Part shown: piece after piece, positions 25,401 to 37,810 of the stretch
Layout of the letters: each line of letters begins with the position of its first letter
Numbering within the stretch: position 1 is the stretch's first letter
Assembly (NCBI GenBank): GCA_040954595.2
Contig: CM082589.2
Location: 9,374,894-9,438,893 of the forward strand
Source of the DNA: Balanoglossus misakiensis
Taxonomy: Eukaryota; Animalia; Hemichordata
Length of the DNA stretch: 64,000 nt
Direction of reading: 5' to 3'
The notes under the pieces: generated by a model
Told to the model about the DNA's origin: nothing
Databases searched by the model: none
Seen by the model: only the letters and a program-made list of their open reading frames with translations
Program-made: the position numbers and the translations under genes

Positions 25401-27539
25401 AATTAGACATATTCGTTAAAAATGTTGAATAAATTACTCTGGAACTGTCGTCTGGCATGTTGTAGTCTCTCTCCCTATATACACATCGCCCCATTGGATA
25501 ACATTATGCACGCGTTAGCGAAAGAACACTTTGTCAACCAATCAGCGCTCGATTCTGTGAGAGTGTGGGATCAATTTGTTCTCACACTGAGATCTCAAAC
25601 TCCAATCGTGGCAGGAGTGTGAGAAAGTAGTATATTGGCTGTCAATATGTAACACACCAGTATTCAAGAATGTAGACAGTGTGTTTGTCAATACAGCCAA
25701 GCAATACATCATTTGAATATTCATGTGTATAATCCAGTGGTTTTTCTCATGACAGGTTTAACACTGACACTGAGAGACATAGGCACAGCAAAGAGAGTGA
25801 CCTTCTATGGACCACCTAGATTGGTATGTACATTTCAACTCTTTTCACTATTGGCTGTACTATACATGCTACTTTAGTTGCATCTTTGCCACTAAAGAGA
25901 TACCTATGGGGGCCCGTTCTGGTCAAAATTGTAGTTTATTAATAAAACGTGTTAGAATTAATTTTATAGAGCCTGGAATTAATTTTACCAGTATGTAGAA
26001 TTATTTTTTATGTGCTTTAATTATTTTTTGTTGTCATGCAGAATTAATTGTATGTGTTCTAAATAATTATTTTAGCTTATCTTTGTTAGAAATAATTTTG
26101 CCAACAATATCCCAAATTATTTTTACGTGTACAATCGAATTAATTACAGGTGTAGTGTCGAATTAATTACAGGTGTAGTGTCGAATTAATTTTACGTGTT
26201 GTGTCATGTTTCCAAGATGGCAGTAAAGACAAACCTTCCCTATAGCATGTTCCGGTAGCATGCATCAGGATGTGTGCTCCATGCTGAAAGTGAATTTTTT
26301 GTTAGATACCTTAACATCTTTCATTGAATGTTTAATGTAGTCTGCCTGCAGTTGACAAGAATCTAATTAGTCAAACACAAAAGAGAACTTTTCTAAAATA
26401 CAATAATTATGAAGAAAGGTACAAAGATAGAGAGTGTGACTTAAATTGCTAATCTCATATACAGTCAATTCAAATTACAGGTTGTTATTTTCATTCCTGA
26501 CACACTTCCTAATAGACCCCTTAACTTCTCCCGATTAGAACATGGTTATCATAGTCAGTCAAGAGATAACAATATTCTTCATTCTCCAAAATATAACAAT
26601 CGGTTAGGTCAGATTTTAATCAAATTTGTTGGTCCAACACTGTGGAATAGCATTCCAGAAAGAATAAAAAAATATTCACCCTTGTTACAATGTACAAATG
26701 AAATAAAATGTTACTTGTTACTTGGTTTATAATATTTCATTGACCCAAGTTTAATAAAAATGACAACAGACATTGATTTGATTACAAATACCTGTGGCTA
26801 ATAGAATCTCACACTCCCAAGGACCTGGGATCGTATTTCTCACATGACTTAAGGATTTTCTGTCCCACTCTTGCCGCATATCCCCGACGAGTGTGAGTAA
26901 TATTTCTCACACGGTCACAAATAAGCCAAATTCATTAAAAACATTGAATAAATAATTCAGGAACTATCATCTGGCACGTTGTAGTCTCTGTCCTTATAAT
27001 ACACATCGCGCCATTGGATAAATTTAGTGCAACTTAGCAAAAGAACGCTTTGTCAACCTATCATATAAAGCTTTCATTTCAGTGAGAGTGTGGGATCGAT
27101 TTGTTCTCACACTCCGATCTCAAACTCCAATCGTGCCAGGAGAGATACCTATGGGGGCAAAGATTTTTAATTTTACTAATTATTCCTGCGATCTGCCTTG
27201 GATTTCATCCTGACCCCCATCTCTCGGGAAGTGCACAACCTCCCTCACATTTCGGCCTGTCAGGATGGATTCACCCACAGGGCCAGGTTTGACTGCTTGA
27301 CTGAAGGGGCACCCTCCCATTTTTAGACTAGTATGTTTTTTCTAGTATAGCTGGTTTAGCGAGCTTTAGTTTTTATTGTCCATTTATTGGCCCTTGCGTT
27401 TTCTCTGTAATTTATTAAGTTTTGTTAAGCGAGTTTCTTGTTCGGGTATTAAAAGCCTTACTTTTACCTCAATCCAGTGTGGTGTGTTTCACTATCTATT
27501 TAAATTACAGGGTTAAGAAATCTAAAAAATCAACATGGT

Positions 27540-27725
27540 AAAACTACACACTACAAAAATTGGTTTTCAAAAAATAAAAAGCTACACTACAAATATAAAC
27601 ACCACAACTTGCTCCTCTACAAAAAATGTTTTTCCAATATAAAAAAACTACACTACAAACTTGCTACTCTACAATTTTTTTCCAATATAAAAAACTACAC
27701 TACAAACTTGCTACTCTACTACACT
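27540..27725. repeat. Short degenerate tandem repeat (AACTACACTACAAA motif)
   Basis: Motif recurs about four times, with two ~50-bp near-duplicates. Confidence 0.6.
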
Positions 27726-29294
27726 CTGTTTTTATTTAAGACAGCCCGTTTGCATGTGGCGCATTTTGCGTTGAACGCATGGATCAGCTCTTTTGTTGAC
27801 ATCTTCAGTTTGTTGACACCAAATACTAAAAAAGAGAAGAATAAACACATATCAGTTACACCATGCAGTAATAAGGAGAAGATTGCCAAGCATAATTGTT
27901 ACATATGCAGTTGCCCAATACGAGTAATTTCCACCAACCGGAAGTCACACAATTCAACTAAAATTCAGGAAAAAAAACTTAATATCATTCAGGTACAAAA
28001 ACTGTTGACCTAACTGATAAATTTCATTGAGTGTATTTGTAGTAGATGGTCAGAACAAATAAAATGAAATGTATAAGGATGAGATGCACCTTTATAATGA
28101 TATTTATTTTGAATCCAGTGAATATGGGATAGCCAATCAAAGAATTTCACTCCAGGGACATGCAAAAAATGTTATTATCATAGAATACAATCATTTAGAC
28201 ATTTTAAAGAAACCTTTTACTTACAAGTCAGTGCCGTTACAACATGCTGGTAGGGTGTTCCAATAAATGCGCTGGTATTCTTCCCGCTTAGTTGTTCGGG
28301 TTCAAACAACCCATCCATCAGCTTTTTTATGACGTAAGATGGCGGCTTGTTCTTAGTACTCACAAAATTCAATCCCCACTTACTTACAAAGAGAAGGCTA
28401 AATGATTGCATTCAGAATAAACATGACCTATGTCAAAAAATTCATTGAGAAAAAAAATGTTTCCCTGTTAAAAGCAACAAATTTACATAATTAAACTGTG
28501 TATTAAAATGCAAGCATGGGATAACATGAGGTACTAAAGAGAAGGGGTGTATTATGCATGTATATACTGACGTGGACTGGGGGGATGCAGAAGTGTGAGC
28601 GATGGCGTGCTTACATGAAGAACTGACACTTACATAGTTTGCCTTGGGAATGATTAACCCTCGTTTGGGCGTGTAATGACTATCCTCAGTGAAGCCTTTT
28701 GATGCACAGGTGTGTACACAGCACTGGCGTGTTTTCTCAGCTCCTGCAAAATAATAGTAACAAATTGAGTCGCACAAATGCACCCACTATTTCTTGCTAT
28801 TTCATATTTCATTCAAATGTCTGCAACAACATATACTGTGCACATAACAGCCCCCCCCCCATGCACTGTTCCAATTACAAGACCTACCCCAATTCTTACT
28901 GGCACCATGGACTTATACCACTTATACAATGATGCAACAGGCTTATCTTTTTATAGACACCTAACATTAGAATGACCTTGTATGTATACCACTCTATTCT
29001 GACAAAAATGCAAGTTAATCAACATCACATATAAAATAATATAATATGAATAGAATAAAACCGATTCACAAAATATCAAATAGCTACTTGTTAGGCATTT
29101 GATTTTAAGTTGGATGGTGTTTGTGTATTGCAGAGGGATGTTTGTGTGCAGTAATCACGCTGTACATACCATGCAAGCTCTTAAGTTTGGCATACTATCA
29201 CTCAAATATGACGCGTTATCGACCAAACTTAGTGTAATAACCCTTAAGTAACACCCTCTTATTTTAAAGAACACTCATTATTGAAGCCCATTAA

Positions 29295-29377
29295 CCCTCA
29301 CAACCAAGGTTCAGTCCAAACCCATTGTTATCTATGAAAAGGTTCAACCTGTATAGAAGGAACTGGGGGTGAAAGGG
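29295..29377. mobile_element. Tiny piggyBac-like MITE
   Basis: TTAA-CCCTCAC...GTGAAAGGG-TTAA; related partial copies at ~48189 and ~53265 (reverse). Confidence 0.7.
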
Positions 29378-29541
29378 TTAAAGGGACAAAGTCTCAGTTT
29401 TGTCCTTTGACTCACTTGCTCTTATTAGAGGTTTCTACCTTTAAATGTTTCATGAAATGTTTAATCAAATCTGTCTACAATCGGAGTAGACATTGTTTAC
29501 ATACACCTTTTGTTAAATGATTGTTCTGTGCTGTATTTCAG

Positions 29542-29640
29542 ATTGTTGTCAGGAGCAGGTGAGAAATACAGTATGATATCTGAAGGTCTGAGTACTGCAT
29601 TGCAGTTATTTGATGATATGAAGACTTTGCGATATTCAAG
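29542..29640 (+). pseudogene. MED25: MED25 VWA-domain exon (99 nt, phase 2-2)
   Basis: TTTCAG acceptor and GTAATT donor. Encodes [32 protein letters not shown], compared with human MED25 [32 protein letters not shown] (recalled). I could not find the neighbouring VWA exons. Confidence 0.9.
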
Positions 29641-29790
29641 GTAATTATGGTAAAATTGTGAGGCTAAAGATCATTCTCTAAATTTATGGGCCCCACTTTT
29701 TGAGGTGGTTTATCTGTTTATGTAAAGCTCACCATGTCAACCAGGAAATGATTCCATACCTACAGTGGAGTACAACTGACGTGTGAAGTA

Positions 29791-30314
29791 CATTGAAACG
29801 TGCCAAGTAAGGGCACCTCTGGGACCACACAACATGTCCTTTAAGGGATACAGGCTCTCTCTCCCGCTCGCTGCCCCTTATTCCATTAATTTTATTTGAT
29901 ACAAGACACCATTTATGTTATTATACATGTGGATATATAGTGAATCAACATTCAACCACACACAAAGTCTATCCTGCTTGTGGACATGAGAGTGAAAAAA
30001 CTTGCCAAAATAAATAATCATTCTCTACCATTTATTCGTTTTGGGTGAGTTTTTACTCCCATATCATACATGCGGGATGGAAGTTGTGTATGGTTTAAAG
30101 TTCATTCACTACATATACACATGTACATTAACATAAACAGTGTCTTGTATCAAACATTATTAATGGAAAAAGGGCAGCGAAAGAGAGACTTTGTCCCTTT
30201 AATAGAGAGGTGTCCTTAATAGAAATGTGCATGTAATATTCTATTCAAGCCATTACTTTTGTCTTGAACAATGTGTCCTGATTAGAGAGATGTCTGTATT
30301 GATAGGTTTCACTG
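29791..30314. mobile_element. Tc1/mariner(pogo)-like MITE carrying a nested Kolobok-like MITE
   Basis: TA-CATTGAAACG...AGGTTTCACTG-TA termini. Confidence 0.6.
29844..30198. mobile_element. Kolobok-like palindromic MITE, same family as 15810-16156, inverted and more diverged
   Basis: AGGGATACAGGCTCTCTCTC...GAGAGACTTTGTCCCT-TTAA; internal homology to 15810-16156. Confidence 0.8.
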
Positions 30315-31336
30315 TATTATCAACATTTTCAGTTTCATAATCCTTCTGTGTTTGCCAGAGAATTTTGACAGCAGTCAAAAGCTTTCTCTGCCATACCCAC
30401 AATAAAAGAAAGCTTGCACCTGTGTTTTACTGTTTTCAAAGGGGAAATCTGGTCCAGCTGATTTCTACATAATTTGGTAGCTTTGAGGTCACTCTTTCAG
30501 AAAAAAAAAACATATTCGTCAAGTATAAGTCGTCAGGTATTTTACAAAATCGAGGGAAAGTTGGCAGAATTTATAATATGGCCTTAACTGTAATTTGAAT
30601 CATGGGAAAAAAAGCGCCAGGACCAACTTCCATCCACCTTGGTGTGGGTGATACCATTTTCCAATGGGTGTAACTGCGTGACGGCTTGGGTATCTGTTGC
30701 TGAGCAAATATTTGAAATCATACAATCCAGATTCTAAAGTTCACAGGACAAATATACAACATGTTTACATGGCCATTTACAACCAATTCATCCTATTGTG
30801 GTGATGTACAAAACCTTTTTTGTGGTTTGTTAAAGTTTTCATTACTCTAAATGGGTACTTCCATAAAATGGTAGTAATATATTTATTAATATTTATTACA
30901 CATCACATATTATTACTCGCTCTGGCTTTTTTGTCAAATTTTCAAATAAAAAAGGCAGTTATTACTTTGATGGGACCAAGAAAAGATTTTGCCATAGGAT
31001 ATCAAAAGGACACTTTCATTGTTTTTATGAAATGTTGTTTTTCTGTTCTATAAAAGATGAAAATTGTTCTACTCCATTTTTGGGTCAAAAAATATTTTCA
31101 TCAGATTGGTTTGAGGGTTAGATGTTGTAGCTAATAGTGTAAAGGCCATGATTGTTTTTGTTCACAAATATATTCAATTACAATGTATCATTATTATGCA
31201 GTTTTACCAATGTTGAGAGGCTTTCCTTGTCAACTGGCCTGTGTGTATGCATCAAATCCTTCATGTAAAAGGTCAAATCAGAAAGTATTTCTAACAATGA
31301 TTAGACTAAACTAGGAGACTTTTGAGGAGAGTTTGA

Positions 31337-31520
31337 GGAGACATCATGGCCTTGTGGTGAGGGCACAGGGTTGTGGGTTCAAGAACAAGACCTGGACATG
31401 GCCGTGGGTTTTCTATCTGAGGATGGTGACTTCATGACCGCGATATTGTGCCCTTGAGCGCAGCACTTTACCTCTCATTGTTTTGGAGGAACTGGCTTTG
31501 TATACTAGTGATCTGCACCT
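31337..31520 (+). mobile_element. Degenerate tRNA-derived SINE
   Basis: A-box-like TGGCCTTGTGGTGAG, B-box-like GGTTCAAG, followed by TTGTGCCCTTGAGCGCAGCACTTTACC, resembling the GTGTCCTTGAGCAAGGCACTT core of invertebrate SINEs. Confidence 0.5.
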
Positions 31521-31802
31521 GTTCCAGTCATTCTATCCTAGGTAGACATATTTTCTTTGTTTGCAATAGATGAATTACTGTCAAACAGGAAATTATTGTG
31601 AACTTCGCGAGAACCAAAAAATGCAAATTAAAAGTCACGTAAAAATGTTTTTCAGGGATAATGGTGCAGTTAGTGAAATATAAGAAAGCAAAATTTAAGT
31701 GTAGCATAACAGTTGTCTCTATTGATATTGCAAACATTTCCAGTCACAGAAATTTCCCGTTTTACAGTATATAAATAAATCAACTAAATATTTTTACTAC
31801 AG

Positions 31803-32065
31803 GTGCCGCACCAACAAGTCATCTGTCACTTGGACAACCAAGTCAAATTGGAAGTCAGTCTCCACAACAACTGCCATCCTCTCAACAGAAACTGACTCAA
31901 CCAAGTCAGCCCCAGATGCAGGGCCAAGGTCAAAGGTCATCAATGTCTTTTGGTCAGCCTACCACTTAACCCAACCAACCAGTATCCACTGTCACAGCAA
32001 ACAGGACACAACAACCCAATGTGACTGTTTGAAGTATCCCCATGAGACAATTTTCATCCACCCAG
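31803..32065 (+). pseudogene. MED25: MED25-like S/P/Q-rich internal exon with two nonsense codons (phase 1-0)
   Basis: TACAG acceptor, CAG|GTACAG donor. AAPTSHLSLGQPSQ...GQPTT*PNQ...VTV*SIPMRQFSSTQ with TAA at 31967 and TGA at 32030. Assigned to MED25 by position and phase only. Confidence 0.6.
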
Positions 32066-32490
32066 GTACAGTTGTGGTCTACCTTCTACTTTATGAGATT
32101 TAAATTAGCTGTTTCTAGTTACCCATCCTGTGAATTGAAAGCTTTTTATGACTGTTTCACATAGCCTTGTCTAACCATTATCTTTACAGTAGACTATTGT
32201 TTCAAAACAAATTCAAAACTTCTGTTTTGGTTGCTAGAAACCCACTCTGTAAATGCTAAGACTTTTTTGGATAATGCCACAGACTCAGTAATCAAATTCA
32301 ATTTTTAATGTGATTAATGTTGATAAGCCCTAAAACTCAACCCCATCCAAATGTGTGTTGAAAATAGGACTTTGAGAGTTGCAAGCTCAACATCGAATCA
32401 AAAATTGCAGTCATGAATTAAAAATGGGGTTTTGAATACTGGCCTTGATAATGCTCCATATTAACTAGGTTTGTTAATCTTTTTGGACAG

Positions 32491-32674
32491 GCAACTTCAC
32501 CACCAAAGATGACTTCCCAGCATGCACCAGCTGCTGCACTGAAAGGCGTAGAAGGTGTCATGCAAATGGCAAATGCTTGTCAGTTCAGTAAGACGCCACC
32601 AATTGCTGATGTGAATTCTATCAACTCACAGCCACAGGAGAGATGGCCAGGTACAGATTCACAGACACAAAGAG
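32491..32674 (+). pseudogene. MED25: MED25-like internal exon (phase 0-1); alternative donors at 32588 and 32651 give the same phase
   Basis: GACAG acceptor; ATSPPKMTSQHAPAAALKGVEGVMQMANACQF..., loosely like vertebrate SAAQVAAQNAVEAAKN; AG|GTAGGT donor. Confidence 0.55.
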
Positions 32675-32681
32675 GTAGGTA

Positions 32682-33014
32682 CAGTCAAACCTGTCTATAC
32701 TGGCCAGACAGGGGACTTTCCTAACTGGCCTTTATAGAAAGGTGGCCTCTACAGTCAGGTCATTTAATGTGCAATGTGTAATATATTGCTATATTATTGT
32801 GGGCTTATACCAGAGTGATTAGACGACACAGGACATGTGTGTACAAACTAGACAGCCATGCTGCTTTTTTATTGCCAACTGCACATGCTCACTCGTTCAG
32901 CCTCGTACACTGCAAATTTATACATAACAGTAAATACCAATACATAACACAATGTATATGGACTGTAACAGAGTAGCCACTATATAGAGGTGGCACCTAA
33001 CACGGGTTTGACTG
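32682..33014. mobile_element. Tc1/mariner(pogo)-like MITE
   Basis: TA-CAGTCAAACCTGT...ACGGGTTTGACTG-TA. Confidence 0.8.
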
Positions 33015-33264
33015 TAACATCTGTTATGTTGCCATGGCAGTCATTTACTGTTAATTTGATTATACAGAGGAAAAAATATTAAAGTTCCCTTTCTTATATT
33101 CTCATATCAGTGGCAGAGTACGCCAGTGTCACTGTAAAATTTTGTCGACATTTTTGCTAAGTTAGCTGTAGTAGCTGTTGGCTATTTTTTCTGTATTTTT
33201 AATCCAAGGAATTAAAGTGAATTCAATGCTTATAAATAATTTCTAATTTCTTCTTACCCTCCAG

Positions 33265-33387
33265 ATATGAATGAATGTCACAGTGGTGGATATGCATGTC
33301 GACACTATTGTCAGAATACCCATGGTAGTTATCGCTGCACTTGCAGACCAGGATTCTATCTGCTGGATGATGGCCATGCATGTGCTG
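33265..33387 (+). pseudogene. Calcium-binding EGF exon 1 (123 nt, phase 1-1, itself intact)
   Basis: CTCCAG acceptor, G|GTATGT donor. (D)MNECHSGGYACRHYCQNTHGSYRCTCRPGFYLLDDGHACA has 6 Cys and the DxNEC and CxNxxGSYxC motifs. Confidence 0.92.
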
Positions 33388-33404
33388 GTATGTAACTGTG
33401 GATT

Positions 33405-34054
33405 TTGGTCTCTTCTGTGGCTACATTGTCTGGGGATTGTATATTGCTATGGTTACAATCAGCTAAACGTTGGTCTCTTCTGTGGCTACACTGTTTGGGG
33501 ATTGCATATTGCTATGGTTACAATCAGCTAAACATTGGTCTCTTCTGTGGCTACATTGTTTGGGGATTGTATATTGCTATGGTTACAATCAGCTAAACAT
33601 TGGTCTCTTCTGTGGCTACATTGTTTGGGGATTGTATATTGCTATGGTTACAATCAGCTAAACATTGGTCTCTTCTGTGGCTATACTGTTTGGGGATTGT
33701 ATATTGCTATGGTTACAATCAGCTAAACATTGGTCTCTTCTGTGGCTACATTGTTTGGGGATTGTATATTGCTATGGTTACAATCAGCTAAACATTGGTC
33801 TCTTCTGTGGCTACACTGTTTGGGGATTGTATATTGCTATGGTTACAATCAGCTAAACATTGGTCTCTTCTGTGGCTACACTGTTTGGGGATTGTATATT
33901 GCTATGGTTACAATCAGCTAAACATTGGTCTCTTCTGTGGCTACACTGTTTGGGGATTGCATATTGCTATGGTTACAATCAGCTAAACATTGGTCTCTTC
34001 GATGGCTACTCTGTTTGGGGATTGTATATTGCTATGGTTACAATCAGCTAAACA
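33405..34054. repeat. 65-bp minisatellite, 10 copies
   Basis: Unit TTGGTCTCTTCTGTGGCTACATTGTTTGGGGATTGTATATTGCTATGGTTACAATCAGCTAAACA; 650 bp = 10 x 65. Confidence 0.97.
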
Positions 34055-34679
34055 CACATCCTGTCTATCCATTGCACACATTTTAAAATTTGAAATCAAC
34101 CGCACACTCGTACTGAACACATGTTTGTTGAAATTGTATCTCAGAATTTTTCGAATTATAATTATGCATAATATAAACAAATTAACAAATGTGAAAACTT
34201 ATCTTTGAAAATTTGTTTGCAAGTGTGAAAAAGTACTCTGTATTTTAAAAATCAGACAAAGTTTTGCTGACAGGGTACATGAGTTTCAGGGGATTTTGTT
34301 AAAATGAGAATGATAGAGAGTTAAATTCCTAGAAAGGGATCTCCATGGATATTGAGGACTTTGGTGTAAAAACAATTAATTGATCAAGAAATATGTGGTT
34401 AAGAATATGTGTTATCAACCTCACACGATACTATAAGACTGTCTGATATATTCATGTACAAGTATTTTCACTACTTATTTGCATAATTCAATGAAATTAG
34501 CATAAATTATCAACCTATAGCTAAATAAATTACCTCTGCAAAGAATAAATATACACTTAGAAAATTCATATAGTTTTCATCTCATTTTAAAGACATTACA
34601 AAATGCTTCTCTGAGGGTACAGTAATTTTTAACGGGTATATTCTTGATAACTCATCACCATGAATGATCATTTCAAAAC

Positions 34680-34988
34680 TTAACAAGGCATATGGCTAAA
34701 TAGGATTCAGTGTTTGTGCACCTTCTATCCACAATGCTGGATCTATTGACAGTTTTCAACGGGGTTTAAAGACTCGTCTTTTTATTCAGCACTATTTCAT
34801 TCCATTGTTTTTTTGGTTTATAGGGATTGTCTTTCAGAACTGTTTCTGTTTGTTTTGGGTTTTTAAGTGTAATTTTTTATCCTTTAAGCTTTCACTTGTT
34901 TTCTAATTTTATTATTTTCTGTAGAAGATGTATGTGTATTACATTTGTTAGAAAATAAATAATAATAAAATAAATAAATAATAATAAC
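34680..34988 (+). mobile_element. Degenerate L2-like LINE 3' end
   Basis: FSVCAP...SIDSFQRGLKTRLF-like remnant ending in an (AATA/AAT)n tail. Confidence 0.5.
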
Positions 34989-35003
34989 TATCTTTGATTT
35001 CAG

Positions 35004-35120
35004 ATGTCAATGAATATATGGAGAGAGCAGATCTTTGTGAAGGCCAGTGTGTGAATACAGCAGGCTCTTTTTATTTCACTTGTGCTGTGGAATATTGATT
35101 GGTCAATGGAGAGTGTACAG
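35004..35120 (+). pseudogene. cbEGF exon 2, disabled (117 nt, phase 1-1)
   Basis: (D)VNEYMERADLCEGQCVNTAGSFYFTCAVEY*LVNGECT; two Cys lost and TGA at 35096; TTTCAG / GTAAGA splice sites. Confidence 0.88.
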
Positions 35121-35135
35121 GTAAGATCAACACAA

Positions 35136-35500
35136 TATAGAAATAATGGACGACGCCATGACCATTAACGTTTGTTTATGGGCAAGGGCGAGGGGAAAGC
35201 CAAAAATTCATGGGCGAGGCTTCCGAGCCCATTAATTTTAGCTTAGCTAGAGCCCTGCATTTATTTCCATTACATTACCAACAATCTCAAGAAAACCATC
35301 AATATTTCTGAAAATGTCCCACACACAAGACTAGGGGCCCCGGAACTTGTGTTATGCAAAATGTTGTGTTCACTGAACTGTTTGCTAATATTACTATTCA
35401 GATTTACGGGCATGTAAACAAACCATTACTGGGTATTTGTGGTCAGTGATGTCGTTCATCTTGACCAATTAAAATGCGACGCACAGACCACGGTAATATA
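35136..35500. mobile_element. Palindrome-containing non-autonomous element (Crypton-like)
   Basis: Hairpin AAGCCAAAAATTCATGGGC-GAGGCTTCCGA-GCCCATTAATTTTAGCTT and a downstream CCAAT-containing tail, similar in layout to 22097-22491. Confidence 0.4.
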
Positions 35501-36978
35501 ATATGTGGGCAACGAAAGGTCCTGTATCTGTAACTTTTGAATTTTTATTCAGTATTATTCTGGTTATCACCCATCATTTCTTGTTCAGCTCGGTGAAGCT
35601 GGGTAAGCAATGTTGTTATTGTTTAAACATTGTATTCAAGCCTGGGTCTGGACTTGGATGCAATTTGTCAATAATAACAGTGATTGGTAACTGCATGTTT
35701 ACATAACTGGCTATCTGTTAAAGAGACCATTTGCTGTGTGTACAGTACACATGCCATTGGCAGCTTATGGGTCAGCCAGTGTTTGCCTGTTAATCTCTCG
35801 ATGTGTGTTATTCTGTCTGTATAGTCAGATCGCACGGTACTCATTAACATATGTTAATGAGGGAAAGTACTTCAAACCATGTAGCCGTTAGAGTGGGCCC
35901 CGCTGAAGGGTCGCGAATAGGCCATTTTTTTATGCGACATTATAGAGCTGATTTCAGGCGAGGAGGACTGTGTACAAAATTGAGTATAGACAACTCAGGT
36001 TTTAAAGGATTTTCATCATTTCCACTGTGTCAACGTCACTACATCCTTGCTATGAGAACAAGCCATCCCTTGTGTACTTCGTGCTTATCACGGGCAAATA
36101 ATTTGTTTAAAATCTCTGATTTTGATATGGTGCAAACATTTCACCAACAAACTAACACACCTTTTGCCCTTACTCAAGACAGCCTGATTTGTTTGAAATG
36201 TTATAAAACATTTGTTGCTTTAGCGGAAAAAGCCAGGTGTAGTATTCAACAAGGCCTAATTATGTCGAGTGATATAGCACTTGCTGAAGAAATCAAAAAA
36301 TATGTCACAATGCTACAAAAAGGCTGCAGCTGTGACACCGACTTGGTGAATTTTGCATGCTGGAAAACTGTTGTCTTTTAAGGAGAAGTGCTCCTCAGAA
36401 AACACGCCATTCTATTGTTTGACGTCAGGCAATATTTCAATGATTGTTTAGACAATAAATATCAGACTTTGCGACCCAAGGTCAAGTTACAACGAGTGGA
36501 ATTCCACAGAAAACCTTATAGCTGGCTTATTCAGGAATTGCTATGTGTGTATTATCCAATTCACCTTTCTGTTGTATCAAAAGTGAGTAGAAAGTTCTCC
36601 ACCTTTTTGTACCGAACGGGTTCAGATCTCACTATTGCCCTCCAAAATGCACTTGTCGAACATCCCCAGTATGTTGTACAAGCTGAGAAACAGATAGAGA
36701 GGCTTGAAAAGCAAGTAAGAGACTTGAGTAAAGTTGACGTTGACTTTTTCAAAATGCTTGATTTGGTGGCTGTGAAATGAAATGCCAGCATTTATCAGCA
36801 ATCTCAAGAATTCAGTAATTACTGCAAAACAAACACTGTTGATCTGAGTACACTTGATGTTGAATATATTGTCAGTGAGATTGACCCTGTGTTATGGAAC
36901 ACTGTTGTATATTTAACGTTGAACAACAGTGAACGCAGTAAATTAAAAAGCTCCAACTTTGAATGGAATAAACACTAT

Positions 36979-37335
36979 TATAATATACCTCATGCTAATA
37001 CTGTGCCGTGATTCGCCAGAATCCGTCACGTGATAGGAAAATAGAATCGACTATGAACCGCTAGGGAAATAGCAGAAAAAATATAAACCGGTCACGTGAC
37101 CAGCGTGAGTGTGCAGACTCGGTCACGTCAATCACGGTCACGTCGTCAGACACAATGGCCACTGCTGAAGATGTCGTCTGCCAACCTCAAGAGAAAATTG
37201 CAAGATTTTCCCAGCTGTTAGCATGAGGTTTATTATAAAACACCTATAGCCTGGCCTATATTCGGGCCATAGCAGCCGTTTTTACCCCCTCGTGGCTGTG
37301 AGTTACCAGAATCATATGGCCAGGCAATAGGTGTT
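36979..37335. mobile_element. Non-autonomous element with asymmetric inverted repeats inserted in the Academ ORF
   Basis: TATAATATACCTCATGCTAA pairs with TTAGCATGAGGTTTATTATA (~37218-37237), followed by a ~95-bp hairpin. Flanked by CACTAT (36973-36978, 37336-37341); removing it restores WNKHYGFYDRH. Confidence 0.8.
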
Positions 37336-37810
37336 CACTATGGATTTTATGACCGGCACTCTATGGAGAGTAGAGCACGATTCCTCAGGCGTTTGTTTTG
37401 TGTGTATGCTATTGTTCACTTGTTCTGATCATTGTACTTACCCATTGCATACTTACCTGACTGACATTGTTGAAGGTTATAGTAGGTCATTTACTCTAGT
37501 GAAAATTCTAAATCGATTTGGTATTATTTGTTCTGGAGATACATTGCATAGATACATGTTGGGAGTTATCAACAAAAGAACATCAGCTGATTTCATAGAG
37601 GAAAATATTGCAAATAATGCATTTTGTATAACTTCCATTGACAATATTGATAAATCAACTAAATATGCAGCTGTTAGAGCTGATCCAAAGGATAGAGGTT
37701 TCCACGGTACCTCTTATCAAATGGTCCAACCAAAAGCAAAGTCAATTCTGAACAGTGTTGATGATATTGTTTTTGGCAGTCATGGCAAACATTCAACTGT
37801 CAAAGATTTT

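Larger units (their letters stand above)
21506..27156. repeat. 1567-bp tandem repeat: three near-identical units plus a diverged partial fourth
   Basis: TGTTTCCAAGATGGC recurs at 21506, 23073, 24640 and 26207; ORF-track duplicates at 22288/23855/25422. Confidence 0.95.

Noticed and set aside
27160-27490. Possible solo LTR or DIRS end
   Set aside because: An ATTAAA signal is present but there are no clear TG...CA termini, TSD or second copy.
33271-34208. Series of 63-86 aa ORFs
   Set aside because: Products of the 65-bp minisatellite and an off-frame reading of the EGF exon.
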